Source: Paragordius varius
Lineage: Eukaryota > Animalia > Nematomorpha
Reading direction: 5' to 3'
NCBI GenBank assembly: GCA_964247055.1
Contig: OZ176059.1
Span: 3,534,001 to 3,598,000, forward strand
DNA length: 64,000 bases
Shown: positions 27,431 through 41,005 of the stretch, one piece after another
Layout: every line of letters begins with the position of its first letter
Position numbering within the stretch: the stretch's first letter is position 1
Notes under the pieces: generated by a model
Told to the model about the DNA's origin: nothing
The model's input: the letters and a program-made list of their open reading frames with translations, nothing else
Database searches by the model: none
Program-made: the position numbers and the translations under genes

Positions 27431-27909
27431 TTACAATAATAAATATTTTTTGAAATATATAAAGTTTAATTATTTTCAAATTAATTGTAAATAAATTAAC
27501 TTGATATCATTATTATGGGATTTTGTAATGTATAAGCCATCTTTTTTATGTGTATTGTTATGTATAATAACTTACTTTAGTTTATTTAAACAAAACTTAC
27601 TAAGAATGTATAAAAAGATGTGTTAACTGACCAAAAATTGACTGAAAAAATAATTATATATGCTAAAAACTAAATATAACGAAATCTTCGTAAAATATTT
27701 GTTTTAAATGGCAAAATGAGAAATAAACATAATCAATTTAATATTCTAAAATGTAATTAAAGAGTATAGAACAAAAATTAGTATTCGAAAAAGATTGGTT
27801 GTCTTTTAAAATAATTTGTCTTATTATGTTTTAACTGATTTAAATTTTTAATTTAAAAATTATGAATTCAATAAATATCCGAACAATTATATATTTAATA
27901 TTTTCAACA

Positions 27910-28417
27910 CTAATATGAGCGGCATATGATTTTATATAAGGTTTTTTTGGATATTTTGGATTCTCTGGGTAATTTATTGAGAATCTCATCGACAGTCAAT
28001 TCACAATCACTATCGAGGTTTGTTTTGACCTGCCCGACTAGACCTTCATTGCAATTCGTTTTCCTACTCTTTTTCAATGGCTCTTTCTCTATTCCCAGAG
28101 TCATGCTTCGTCTCATAGCATTTATGGAACTTATAGACATGTCTAAATCATCTACAAAATGACGAGACGATAATTCATTTCTGAGATTCCCGAAAATTTT
28201 ATAGGCTTTATACTTTTTTTCATCTGACCAAAAATTATATTCTAAAATTAACAAAAACGGTACTTTTCCTTTTTCCTCTACCGTTTAATGAAGTTGTCAT
28301 ATTTTCATTCCCTATCTCATTAACACCTAAATTTTAAATGAAAAAAAAACCATCGTTGCCAGGCACACTATTTTGTGTGAGTCTTATATTTTCGTCAACA
28401 TAATCTGACTCTAACAT
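27910..28417 (-). CDS. Putative 153-aa protein resembling the bipartite HTH DNA-binding region of IS630/Tc1/mariner transposases; predicted join(28417-28351,28326-28264,28241-27910)
   Basis: Removing GT-AG segments 28350-28327 (24 nt) and 28263-28242 (22 nt) gives one frame ATG to stop: MLESDY...GRGKRKKYNFWSDEKK...DLDMSISSINAMRR...KKSRK...DCELTVDEILNKLP..ISKKTLYKII. No DDE domain follows. Confidence 0.5.
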
Positions 28418-28600
28418 TCTAAAGGGAAAAAAAACCATCAAGGACACTAGGACAAGTGTGTAATATCAATTCATTCCCGCCGATCTCATTAACACCTAAA
28501 TTTAAATGAAAAAAAACCATCGTTGCCAGGCACAATATTTTGTGTGGGTCTTATATTTTCGTCAACATAATCTGAATCTAACATTATAAAGGAAAAAAGT
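28315..28600. repeat. Local tandem duplication, period about 170 bp
   Basis: tctcattaacacctaaattt..ccatcgttgccaggcac..ttttcgtcaacataatctga..taacatt occurs twice. Confidence 0.9.
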
Positions 28601-30477
28601 ACCCGCAATACCAGGGGAAATTGGATCAAATTGATTTCATATAGCGTGAAACCTTTTAAAATCGTCCCCATATCAAAAAAAAATTATAATTGAGATAAAA
28701 ATTACGATTTTCCTAACCCTTTTATACAATAATTTTAAGTGAAGGGTAAGTAGTTAGTGTATTTTCATTTTTTACCAAAGATTTCCGACGCCCTTCCCCT
28801 TCACTTTTTATTTTTTTAAAGAAATATTGTACCATATTGCTTTGTTTTTATATTCTTTACCAAATATTAATACCCAATTAACGAAAAAAGTTAATCTTTA
28901 ATAAAATAAAGTTTATATGACTGTACATATACTAAGGGATGATGTTCAATAACTGAAACATTTATATTAGAAGTTGGGCAACATTACAAAATTTCAGATA
29001 AATTGAGTTATGATTTCAAACAGCTCCCTAATTCTTTTATATTGACGTTTTCACATTCCGAATATATACATAAAAATCAGAATTTATTAATTCTAATAAT
29101 AAAATTTTATAATTAAAGTATAATTGTTAAAACTCCCTAGAGGGTCATAATTTAAATTAAATGTAAAATCTGATTGTTATTATTAATATAACTTTGACGT
29201 AATGTTCTTTTTATAGAGCATTAGATTGGAGGTCAGGTTCTGATATTTAACAAAAAATGATATAATTAAACATTTTTCTATTCCTTTTCCACCAGCTTCG
29301 AGGTTGGCGTCGTTGTATGGTAATAGAAAAAGAAATTCCAATAATATGAAAAACAATATAATATATCTATAAATATATCAACTAAAAATATATAAAAAAT
29401 GTAAATTGTCTTTCAGATGAACAATGTCTGATTTGTTATATATTTTAAGTTTTCCATAGAAGAAATAGGCTCTACGGTTTAATTGATTTACACATAATGT
29501 AATTTTTAGTTTACACCTGGTTTAAACCCTTTAGAACTAAGAAATAAAATATAATATATTTGAATATTATATAAAAAAAAATTAAAAAATATTTTGGTGA
29601 TTAAGGTGTTTTTTTAGATATCGCTATTTCTCATTTTGACATATAAAGTAAATATATAAAAAGAGACAAGATTAAATTACGGTTGATTTAACAGAATAAT
29701 ATTTGTCTTTATATTTTTACATTTTGTCTCTCTATTTTATTTTTGACTGTATATAAAATAGTTTTTATTTTATTTGTATTTCTAATGACTAATTGTGGGA
29801 CATGTTTCTTTTCAATCCTTGAAATTATTTATCAAATAAAATATAACTAAGTTGTCTTTATCATCAAAGTAAAATCCTGATTCCTGAATAAAATTATTTG
29901 GCAATCAACAATTAATTATCAGGAGATTATTGTTGATTTCGTTAACGTTCTAATTCTTTGCTATTATGATATTTGGGAACGTTAGATATACTTTTATTTT
30001 CTTAACAAATATTATGAATCATCATTCGTAAAATCTTTATCAACCAATTTAAATAATTCAAAAGCAGATTATTTATAAAAAAATAAAAAACGAACATATT
30101 TATTTATTTTTTTCAAGTATCAAACAAATGGAATATACATATATCACTTTTAAAAAGCTGGACGGTATAATTACAGCACTATCCTTAAATTAATATTTAT
30201 TCTTTATAAGGAGTTAATAGGCATTTTTTCACTCGTATGAAGGTATATATTTATAATTATCAATTATATAATATAACACTTCTCCTATATGGTATTGAAC
30301 TCACCTAGATAAACTTTTAACTATAAATAAATATATCTTTAAAATCACCAAATTTTTAATTAATTATCCACAAGCCAGCTAGGTAGAATATTAGCGGCTA
30401 TGCCCCTCCGTAAGTTATCAATAAAAACCTAATCTCTCTTTTTGGTTCCAGTAATATTATATAAGAAGGTGCATATA

Positions 30478-30753
30478 CAAAAAAAACCGAAATTAAACAG
30501 ACAAAACGTTAAATTATAAAGATTCTTTCTAAAAGACGATCATATACTTTTTCAAACCTTATTTTTCTTATATAAAAAATATAATTACAATTATATATAT
30601 AATTAATTGTGACACCAATATAGATATCAATTCTATAATATGCAATTTAAAACAATGAATTAATTTACAAAAATTAAGCTTATAAAGTATGGTTGTTTTT
30701 TACAAAAAATTTGTTTATATTACGTTTTGTCCGTATAATTTTAGCTAATACTG
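30478..30753. mobile_element. MITE-1 (a second copy follows at about 30790-31045)
   Basis: attaaacagacaaaacgtt ... tacgttttgtccgtataattttagctaatactg|ta. Confidence 0.7.
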
Positions 30754-32190
30754 TACATATATAGGTATACAATTATTACTTTTTCATTTGTAAAAATTGT
30801 ACGGGCAAACAGTAAACATATAAAGACAAATATATTTTTTTTAAACGACAAACATACTTTTTTAAATTTAAACATTTTGAATCTTTATCGTTTTTGGTAT
30901 AAGGAAGTAAAACACACTATTATATAAATTATAACGACAATTTATTGGGGAAAAATCAATGTTTGAAAGAATATGGTTGTCTTTTAGAAAAAATATGGTT
31001 GTTTTATGTTTTTACATTTTATCCGTATATTTTCAATCTTTAAAGTAAGAAACATTTTCAACGAAATTGTATATCGTTTTACCGTATAAATGTTAGATTG
31101 GTTGATTTCCATACATGTTACAAAAATCAAAGTTTTATAAATATACATATTGGGTACTATGAGGAGCTAAATGATTAGAAATTTATAAGAAATTGATACC
31201 AATTTATATCTTATTTAGTTTTAATCAAAACATATCTTTTACGAAAATGAAGGTTAAAATTTTGTCTTCTTGATAAAAACTTAATATATCTTTAACATTT
31301 TATCTTTCCTTTTATTTACTATTAAAAAAACCATGTCTTAAAACAACAACAATGGCATAAAATAAAAAAAGTAAAAAAACGCAATATAAAGATAAAATAT
31401 ATATGATTTATTTAATTACAAATATTAAATATATAGTTAATTATTTCACCAATATACAATAAATTTTAAACAATATTTAGATTATTTACCCATTGTAGTA
31501 CATTAAACATTTTATTATGTAATTAATGGCTATATTATTTAAAAAAAAGTAAAATCGAAAATTATCCAATTGATGGCTAAATTTTTTTTATAGGAGACAA
31601 GTTTACTTATTCATTAATAGAGAACGAAATTGATTTTGTTTATAAAGAAAAACATGGTGAGGAAAAGTTTGATATCAATGTGTCTTCAGAATTTTACTTT
31701 TTAAAAAAAATGGAATGCGTTCACAAATAGTGTAGTAATATTTGTCCGATAATGATATATCGCTTTGGGATACAAAACTACCTCAAATAACACTGTGCAA
31801 CAAATTTTATCCTTTTCTTTTAGACCAGAGTGAAAATTACTACATCTTATAGAGAATTTTTTCTGAAAATAATGATATATTTAATATTTTCCAAGCACAT
31901 TTTCACGAGCCGCTAAAAGGTTTCAAAAATCCAAAAACCATCAAAAATGCCTGTTTTTGTAACCCTATAATTTTTTGATATTATATTTTTTGGTGGGGAT
32001 ATTACAAATTATATTTTAAAATTCATGTAACATTTAATAATTTTTAAAAGTCTCTACTACTTTTTGATTTATTTGGAAAAAACAAATTTAGCTCCAAAAA
32101 AATAGCGTTTCAAAACAATGAAAAAATAAGAGACCTACTGGCATCATTTGATTGACAGCTTTTCATTATACATTACTAAAATAATAAAAT

Positions 32191-32309
32191 TTGACTGGAA
32201 AAACGTTTTTATTGATTGGGAAAACGTTTCGATTGACTGGGAAAACGTTTCGATTGACTGAGAAAACGATTTGATTGACTGGGAAAACGTTTCGATTGAC
32301 TGGGAAAAC
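32191..32309 (+). repeat. 21-bp minisatellite, about 5.5 units (gattgactgggaaaacgtttc)
   Basis: Head-to-tail copies directly visible. Confidence 0.95.
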
Positions 32310-32629
32310 TTAGTCTGGGAAATGGTATATTTAAAAATCGAAAAATTTTATTTTATGAATATTAAAAATTGTGGATAACAATAATCATTTAAAATTAATT
32401 TATAAATTACAAAATAAAATTTATAATTTAAAAAAAAATCCATAAATATTATCTATTTTACAACTATAAACTATATTAAAGAATATATTTAAAACAAGAT
32501 AATTAATATTGAATTGCAAAAAATTCCATAATTAAACAATTTATAATTACAAATTATTTCTTAAAATTATAGTTATAAATAATATCATTAAAATTAATAA
32601 AATTATTTTTATATCTAAATAATTTAATA

Positions 32630-34430
32630 GGTCCATATGTTCAAGATGGAAAAGGGTCGTACCCACTTTATCTTGATAGTATAGATCCTAAAATAAACCT
32701 ATTTATTCTCTTCTTATTGCCCACGGCATTTAACTCCCTTCATCCTTTATTATCTTCCTAACTATCCATCAAATTTGCTATTATTTTATTTTTTAATTTT
32801 TTTTGGTATTATTTTACATATTAAAATATTTACATTTTATATTAATTCCTCTCATAATTGTGCTGCTAGACTCCTATGAATTTCCCGAATATATCAAATA
32901 TTCTAAAAATTGGAAATCTAAATCTGCAGGGATACTCCCTACCAAAATTCAGACTTCTCCATAGCCATGAAAAACCACACTATTCCAATTATTGAATTAT
33001 TGGAAACCTATGTAATGAACAATGAATATATAATCGATAACAATTATATATTATACCATTCCGGCCATCCCAATCTCAGAAGATACGGTACAGGCATCAG
33101 TATTCACATATCTTTTGCTTCATTCGCTGACGAACCCAATTTTATCAACGATGGAATCATTAAAATTACATTCAATACACTTCCATTGAAACTTAATTTG
33201 ATCCAAGCATATGCTCCTACCAGCATTTCCTCAGAGGAAGATATTGAACAATTCTGATCTCACTGGACTTTGAAATATCTGAGAGGCAGGCTGGCTTTAG
33301 ACCAAAGAGAAACACTGCTAATCACATATTTAATCTTAACAATGAATTTTGGAAAAGTCTATACTGCTTTTTGGACTTCAGTATGGCATTCAGTCTACCA
33401 CGACTGCCTATGGAACATATTACGATCTCCGGAGTTTCCCTCACATAATATTCTTGCTTAATCGCTGTATTCTAGACAAACAGCTGCGATTAAAACCCAA
33501 TTAGGTCCCACACTGATTTCCTATCCTCAGAGGTGTGAGACAAGGATGCGTCCTTTCTCCCCTCTTTAACCTATACACAGAAACATTAACACGCAATTGT
33601 AGCTTTCCCCAACATATTGGGGCACGGATCGGTGGTCTTACTATTTGCAATCTCCAGTACGCCGACGGCACCATTCTCTTGTCAGAATCCCACACGGACA
33701 TGACCTATCTTTTAAATAATCTCACCATCGAAGCAAGTTTGATGGGTCTTAAGCTGAACCCAGCTAAATCTAAAATAATGATCCTAAACGCTCCACCAAA
33801 CATTTACAATTAATAACTCCCCCATCGAACTAACCGATCACTGTAAATATCTAGGCTCCATAATTACATCCGACGGTAGCTCGGACCCCGACATATGAGC
33901 ACGACTAGCATTGGGACGTGCTACTATAGGTAAACTGTCCAAAATTTGGAACTCGTCGGTCATAAGACTTCCAAATAAACTTGCCATCTTGAAGGCGATG
34001 ATATACCCCGTGGCAATTTATGGGTCCGAATCATGGATATGCAATTTCATTGACAAAGCCCGCATAAACTCTTTTCAAATGTGGTGCTTTCGAAAAATAT
34101 TGAGAACTCCTGGAAAGCCCACATCTCCAATTCTTACATACTCAAATTCATTAAACCCCAATTTTTACTTTACGATTTAATAACCTTTAAACAGCTAAAA
34201 TATCTGGGTTATATCCTGCGATCCGACTCGCTAAAAGGCATACTCTTTGGGTTGGTAGATGGCACTTGCAGAAGGGGCCGACCCAAAAAGCGGTGGATCG
34301 ATATGCTCAAATCAATATCAAATCTAACCTTTCCTCAACTGTTGAGAGAATCACAGGATCGCCTAAAATGGTGAACACTAATCTATGAGAAAGCCAAGAG
34401 TCTGTATATTACTAGCTTATAACAACAATA
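32630..34430 (+). mobile_element. Degenerate, internally deleted RTE-clade LINE (APE endonuclease plus RT)
   Basis: ATG 32876 LKIGNLNLQG; QAYAPTS; GFRPKRNT; GVRQGCVLSPLFNLYTE; LQYADG; YLGSII; YGSESW; FQMWCFRKILR; KQLKYLGYILR; GRPKKRWID. The left boundary is a guess. Confidence 0.9.
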
Positions 34431-34609
34431 GATTTTAATTAGGCCTCTCATAGTGAATTTTTAATTAATATGAGTTAATTTTATTCACTACTATAATTCT
34501 TTGTATATTTAAATTATGGAATTTTTTAATAACATTTAATTTATATTTTTAAATACAGTTTTAATTGATATTTATTTTCACGTTTTTCCGTATAGTTTCT
34601 ATTACTGTC

Positions 34610-34811
34610 CAGTTCTATATTGATGGCTAATTAGCAATACAGTAGCTTACAATATAAAACAAATCTTGTCCATGAATTAATAAATAATTTTAATGTTGTA
34701 AAAATAGAAAAAATGGTTATTTCACACCGTTTGTTGTTTTTAAATCACACGTTGCTGTATGGCCAATTGTTTAAAAATAATGTGAAGTGACCAACAATAA
34801 AATGGTTACTG
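34610..34811. mobile_element. MITE-2 abutting a MITE-1 right arm
   Basis: cagttctatattgatggctaattagcaatacagtagc ... caataaaatggttactg|ta. Confidence 0.65.
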
Positions 34812-35827
34812 TATATACTTTAAGTTTTATACCTATATATCAAATAGGCTCCCGAGTTTAATCTGCATGCTACGCTTTTCCAATGTAATTGTCAGCTCAA
34901 ACATAAAAGGTTACGATGAGCCTTTTCATAAAAACCGTAAAGCACTAAGAAACTAAAACTATAAAACATTTGCATAGAAATTTTAGGATTAAAAATAAAA
35001 AAATTTTAGCTATAAAGGTTGTTTTTTTAGATAGGATAGCATAAAAATTAAAAATTTAACTAAATCACTATTATATAATTAATACTATTACTAAAACTTT
35101 ATTACATATAAACAAAAATATAGAAACAATAAATGAGAAATAGAAATGACATATATCCAGATATAATCCAACCTATAATAATATCTCATATAAAATTGAA
35201 ATTATACGGGCAAAAGGTAACTGTGTAAAGAGATGTATTTTATAAGACCGCTGTACTTAAACCTGATTTTCAAATATAACTCGTTCTAATTACCCTATGA
35301 AGACTTGTAAATTCAGGCATATTAATCAAATATTTAGGATTAGAACTTATGCAGATGATTTGAAATATTTGTCTTTAAAAAAATTTTAGCCTACGTTTTG
35401 TATATATATATATATATATATATAATATAATTAAATTTTTACTATATTTTGACATTAATCAGCAATTAATTAATATATTTCCTGCAATCGAAGCGCTTAA
35501 GTTCTCGCTTTTGTTGGCTGCTAAATATCTAAAATGGAAGATATTAAAATTATTATATATAATCCATTTTAACAAGTGATTTTAGCCGATTATTTAAATA
35601 GATGGCAAGTAAATTACAAAATATGTATAATAAACAAATAAATTTATCTAAAAAAAGACATTTATAAAATATGCCTAATTGTCGGATTAGTATCGCGTTC
35701 GAATATTGAAAAAATATGTTATATATAGCCATTAATGTAATATAAATGTAAGTAACCTTGCTTTAATCTCTGTTAGGAAAATTTTCAATAATTGATATTA
35801 ATTTTTGGCTGGGTTTACACTTAATAT

Positions 35828-36280
35828 GCCGTTTGAAAAAAGACTAGAATCATTCGAAACGGCCTATAACAATAAAATAATGAAGTATAGCTGTATGGCT
35901 CAACAATTACTAGAGACCTATAATACCCAAGTAATTCCCATTGTTCTAGGGAGGTATTTGAAAAACGACATTCTTTTCGACAAAATCAAGCTTCGATGCC
36001 CTACCCAACTTAAGAAATCAATAGTTATAAGCACAATTAAATCATCCTCCGATATGTAACACATGTTTATGAGCGATAGAAATTCCCTCATAGAAAACAA
36101 CCCAACAAATGCATTTTTTTAATATTTTATATATATATTTATTTTTTTATTTTTCTTTTTTTATATATTTATATATATTAATATTTTTTCTCTTCTCCCT
36201 TGTAACTTCCCATGCCCAATATTGTTGCGTAGCACTTTTCTTCATATATTCTAAATTGTATTTTAAATATTAATAAATTA
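35828..36280 (+). mobile_element. 3'-end fragment of the same RLE retrotransposon
   Basis: Closely matches about 51748-52205 (PFEKRLESFETAYNNKIMKYSC plus the 3' UTR). Confidence 0.88.
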
Positions 36281-38824
36281 TAAAGAACACCTTTAAAAAA
36301 GGTAAGTAAAAAAATGATGTTATTGATTGAAGAAGGAAAATATATTAATTGTTTAATATAAATTATAAAATTTATATCAGGTACGCATTGTTACACTCAC
36401 TGCTGTTTATATATATATATATATATATGTATATATAAATATCGGAAACGTAAATTTCATATTTTTAAATGTTTATAGATATTAAATAAGCAATAGTTTT
36501 AAACTTATAATTAAAATGAGTTATTTTTATTCACTACTATTTTTATTGAAAAACAGTTAATTTATTTTATTTTTTTAAACGGTTTTGTCATATACAGACA
36601 ACTTAAAAATATGAAAACAAATTTTACATTGTTTTTTAAGCTCAATATATTAATTCTCTGGCTAAAAATTGCAAAGTAGGTAAAGTTTATGCTAAACACA
36701 ATCATTAAAATTTTCACAATTGCAACAATACAATTTAAATGCAATAATGTTTATAAAATGGATATCTTTTGAAATTCTTTAAATTTTTACGTTTTGGGGT
36801 ATAATTATAATTTTTACTATATTATGGGAAAACGCCCCCTATGTTGCTATTGATACCCAAATATGAACAAAAACATTCTATTTTAACAAAATATTTTTTT
36901 CGGATGTTTCCTAAAATTGTGTATATTTTTTATGCGAAATTGCTTTAACAAAAAGCTCGAAGGCATTTAAAATTAAATTAAATTTTTTTCGACTTTTATA
37001 TGAATTTTAGCTTAATAATGAAATACATGGTGAAAATAATAAATTTCTATTATATTTGCACTAGATGATCGTATGTTCTAATCAACTTGATGTTTTATCT
37101 GATATAATAAAATATATAACGGAAATGATAATGTATATATCAGAAAAATAGAGTTATATATAAAAAATTTTATGTAGTTAATTTTTATCAAACAACATAA
37201 ATATAAATTAAAGATAACCATGACGTATTTTCATGAACAAATACTATACCTCTAAAATAAAAACGTTATTTGCATCCTAATATAATTTGAATATAATGTC
37301 CCTATAATTAGTATCCATACAAAAATATTAATCTATCATATTTGCATAATTAACAACACATATAATAATACTAGACTACAGTTATCGTGAAATTTGGCTT
37401 GAAGCACCAAATAATGTCAAATTACGTCAAAGATAACAATTAGAATTTACGTTTGATAAAAATTATGACCTTCTTAACAGTTTTTAATAATTTCACTTTA
37501 GTTATAAAATTTAATTTAGGAAAATTTTGTAATTTAGCTTCAGTTATATCTGAACATCCTCCCTTAGTATATGTAAATAAAAAGAAGCTTATGGTTAAGA
37601 TACTAAGCACAACTAACTTTTATGAAACAATCTTTTTTCGACAAACCATCGAAAGATTAATTAGCATCTTTCTTTTAACAATTGTTGGCCGGTTATTTTA
37701 TATATTAATTATATAGATGGCGTTTTTTAAGTGGAACAAATATTAAATTTTAGGCCCTTGTCTAAATATAATTTAATTGATTTAACTAAAAGTTTGTTCT
37801 TTACAGGGTTAAAAATAGCAACTTTATTAAATCCATAAAGTTTATAATAATCATTATATATTTTTCAAATGTATAATACCACACTATCGCCAATGTGGCT
37901 ATTAAAGTCTCCCAGATATTTTTAATTTTTGGCTATAAATAAATATTTTATTAATATATCATAAACCTTTGGGGTAATTTCATACTCCATTCCATTTAAT
38001 ATTGTACCTAACTAATATTTTCACTGGGCTAATATTAAAAAAATGCTGCCTTTTAGGATGAAATTTTAAAGTATCTATACGTCAAACTTTTTCGCCGCCA
38101 TTTTTTTCTTAAATTTTGTAAACTGCGAATTCACGCAAATCGAAAAATATAAATTAACCTCGATAGTTTCTAAATTACAATTTACCACAAATATATTTGA
38201 TTTTATAATGTTTATTTTAATCGAGTTTTGGGGGTATCTTAATTTGGTACTTTAGAGGTTTACTGTAAATTTCTATTTTTTTATCTAGAGAAGAGAGATT
38301 GATAATTGTATTAAGCAAAACAACTTCTCAAACAGTGGTCTATTTACCAAGCTTCATTATGATGTGCCCCCAAAATATCGTCTACAAAAATAATGAAAAT
38401 GAAGTGTATAAATTAAAAATTTTAATATTAATAAATTCAGTTTTATAATTCTTCATTTATTAAAGGCCCAATATAAAACTCAAATTTAAAACTTTGTAAA
38501 AAATGAAAATTGGGTTTCATATATATTAATTCTAAAATATATTAAACTGAAAAATCTAGTAAACATTAACATAATTTCAAGAAAAATATTAAAAATTGTT
38601 TGTAATTTATTTTAATAATTTTTCATATAATAGTAATTTTTAGGGAATAAATTAATGTAATATTATAATCCTAGATCTCTTGAGAGATTTTCAGTAATTT
38701 CACATTACTATTAGTAATTATATTAATTTATTTAAAGATTTGATGATAAAAATTTAAAAATTTAAGATAAAAGGAAATAAATGAACAATATCTTTCAAAA
38801 TTCAACTATCTTTGTAAACTATAA

Positions 38825-41005
38825 TCTATATATTTATAAAAATGGAAAATGCTGGCTTTGTGATCTGGTACCGAAAAACCAGTAGACCCATTCAAATCCA
38901 AACATCGAAAAAATATAATCATTAATGAATGCCCCGACAATAGCTTCGCCCTTTTTTTGTAATAGGCCCCCAGTTCGGTCCCACCCCGTGTGAAAAACGG
39001 GTTTCTTAAAATTATGACTTTGAGACAATTTTCCGGAAAACGTGTTCGACCATTCATTTTCAAATATGATTTTTGTTTACTTATTTTCGTTTGAGCCGAA
39101 CATAGTCGTCTCGCTTTTTTGATTTAGGCCCTCTTTTTACCCGCTCCTCTTGTAAAATGCCATTTTTTCAAAAAACAAAGTCCACAAAAATAATTTTTTA
39201 ATTCTATTTTTCGCCCTAGGTATGAGACCGTAAAAATTCAATATGGATTCCACGTATTTTCTGTTAAACGGCAAAAATTTCAGTCAAGCGTTTCTTTGAT
39301 GATAGCTGTTGGTTAAGGAGACACCCGATGACTGCCTCGTCATATCGAAATAGCGTGCCTTTGGGGCTAAATTTGAAAAGCTCATCATGCCATATGAGTT
39401 TAATATTGCTTAAAGTATTACCCTAGGGAAAAATTTAAGTAGTGTGTTTTTTAAAATAAGGCTTCAATTATGCCCTTCACTCCTTGTAAAATGCGCAACC
39501 ATAGAATGATTTTTTAGTTTTAAGCAATTTTTCCATAAACCACTGAGAACATATGTAGTCAATCATTCCAGGTATTCTTTGTAAAAAGGCAAAAATTATA
39601 ATAAAGCGCTTTTTTTGTATCAGCCTTTGGTAGGGAGCTACTCGCCTAAATCTGCTCCACATAACGAAATTGCGTTGTTTAGGAGTTACTTTTTAGAAAA
39701 CTTATTACATACAAGTTTATAAAGGGCCTAAAATATTACACGTAAAAAGGCAATAATTAAATTCGAGCGGTTTTAAATAAGTCGTTCCACACCCTAAGAA
39801 ATGCGCTATCATTGAATAATTTAGTTTTCAAGCCATTTTTCCAAAAACCTTTAAGAACATATGGATTCAAGGATGATTCCAGGTATTTCCCTATAAAAGC
39901 AAAAATTTTATGGAACGCTTTTTATATTGACTTCTGAGTAGGGGGCAGCCGCTTACAACTGCGCCACCATATAGTACAGCCTGACTTTGTAAGCAAATTT
40001 TAGGAAACTTATATGGCCATATGATTTCAATAAGGGCGTTACATATTACTCGTAAACAGGCAAAAGATTAGTAAAGTGAATTTCTTAAATTATCTCGTAA
40101 TTAGGTCCTCGCATTGAAAATGCGTCACCATATGACTTATTAGTTTTGAGGAAGTTTTTCGAAAATCGTGAGCTTATGGAATCAATCATGATTCCAGTAA
40201 TTAAGGCAACAATTTTAATCGAGCGTTTTTTTGTTTCACCCCTGATTAGGGGGCTACACGCGTGGGTCACCATATCGGTACAGCTTGCCTTTTGAGCCAA
40301 ATTACAAAACACCTATTAATCAAGATATTCCGCAAAAATTTTGCCCAACGCTTTTATTGCCCTGTAGGAGCTGCCCGCCAAAAACTGCGCCACTATATAG
40401 AAATTGCGTTGTTTTGTAAAGAAAATTTATGAAGCTATATAAGCTCATAAAAGCTTGAAATATCATCCGTAACTAGGTAAAAATTAAGGTCTTTTTTATT
40501 AGCCGTTGAGGCATTTATGCCCTAAAAATAGGCCATCATAAAACAATTATTTAGTTATGAGGTATTTTTAAATATCCATGAGATGATGGTATTAAAAATG
40601 TCCAAATATTTGCCCTATAAAGCAAAGAATTTAATTCATCGCTTTTAAAAAACTTAAGAGGCCATACGAGTTTAATTTTTACATTTCTGTGGTATTTGTA
40701 AAATATCATTCTTTCCTTTAAAAAGGGACCACAAATGATTTACTTTTTATATCCCTTAATCCCAACTGTGTGAACAAAAAATCTTGAACTAATTCCAATA
40801 ATAGTTGAATACTAATTTTAATAAGGGACAGTTTAAATATGTCATTTTAGAGTCAATATTTGAGCCCATGGAAAAACCCGTAAAAGATTAATAATTTAAG
40901 ACATTCTTTTGATTAAATATTTTATTATTTTTTTTATCTTCCTTACCACTGCAAATTATTAAGATTATTATTGAAGAAACTCTGCCACGCGAAGCGGCCA
41001 GCTAG
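38825..41005 (+). mobile_element. Non-autonomous Helitron, 2181 bp
   Basis: A|TCTATATATTTATAAAAATG at 38824/38825; 3' hairpin gccacgcgaagcggc followed by CTAG|T at 41002-41006. Segment absent from the paralogous region near 46690. Confidence 0.68.
39150..40650 (+). repeat. Degenerate ~300-330 bp tandem units inside the Helitron
   Basis: Recurring aaatgcg..cat (about 39489, 39820, 40118), gattccaggtat, aaagcgctttt, tagggg..gc, ctgcgccac motifs. Confidence 0.65.

Noticed and set aside
32191-32309. CRISPR-like repeat
   Set aside because: Units are contiguous with no spacers, there are no cas genes, and the context is eukaryotic.
38834-39028. Minus-strand ORF GEAIVGAFINDYIFSMFGFEWVYWFFG looks like an MFS/SLC17 transporter helix; a 22/27-nt similar stretch occurs at 46156-46182
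   Set aside because: It overlaps the first 200 bp of the Helitron, has no good acceptor site and no other exons; most likely coincidental.
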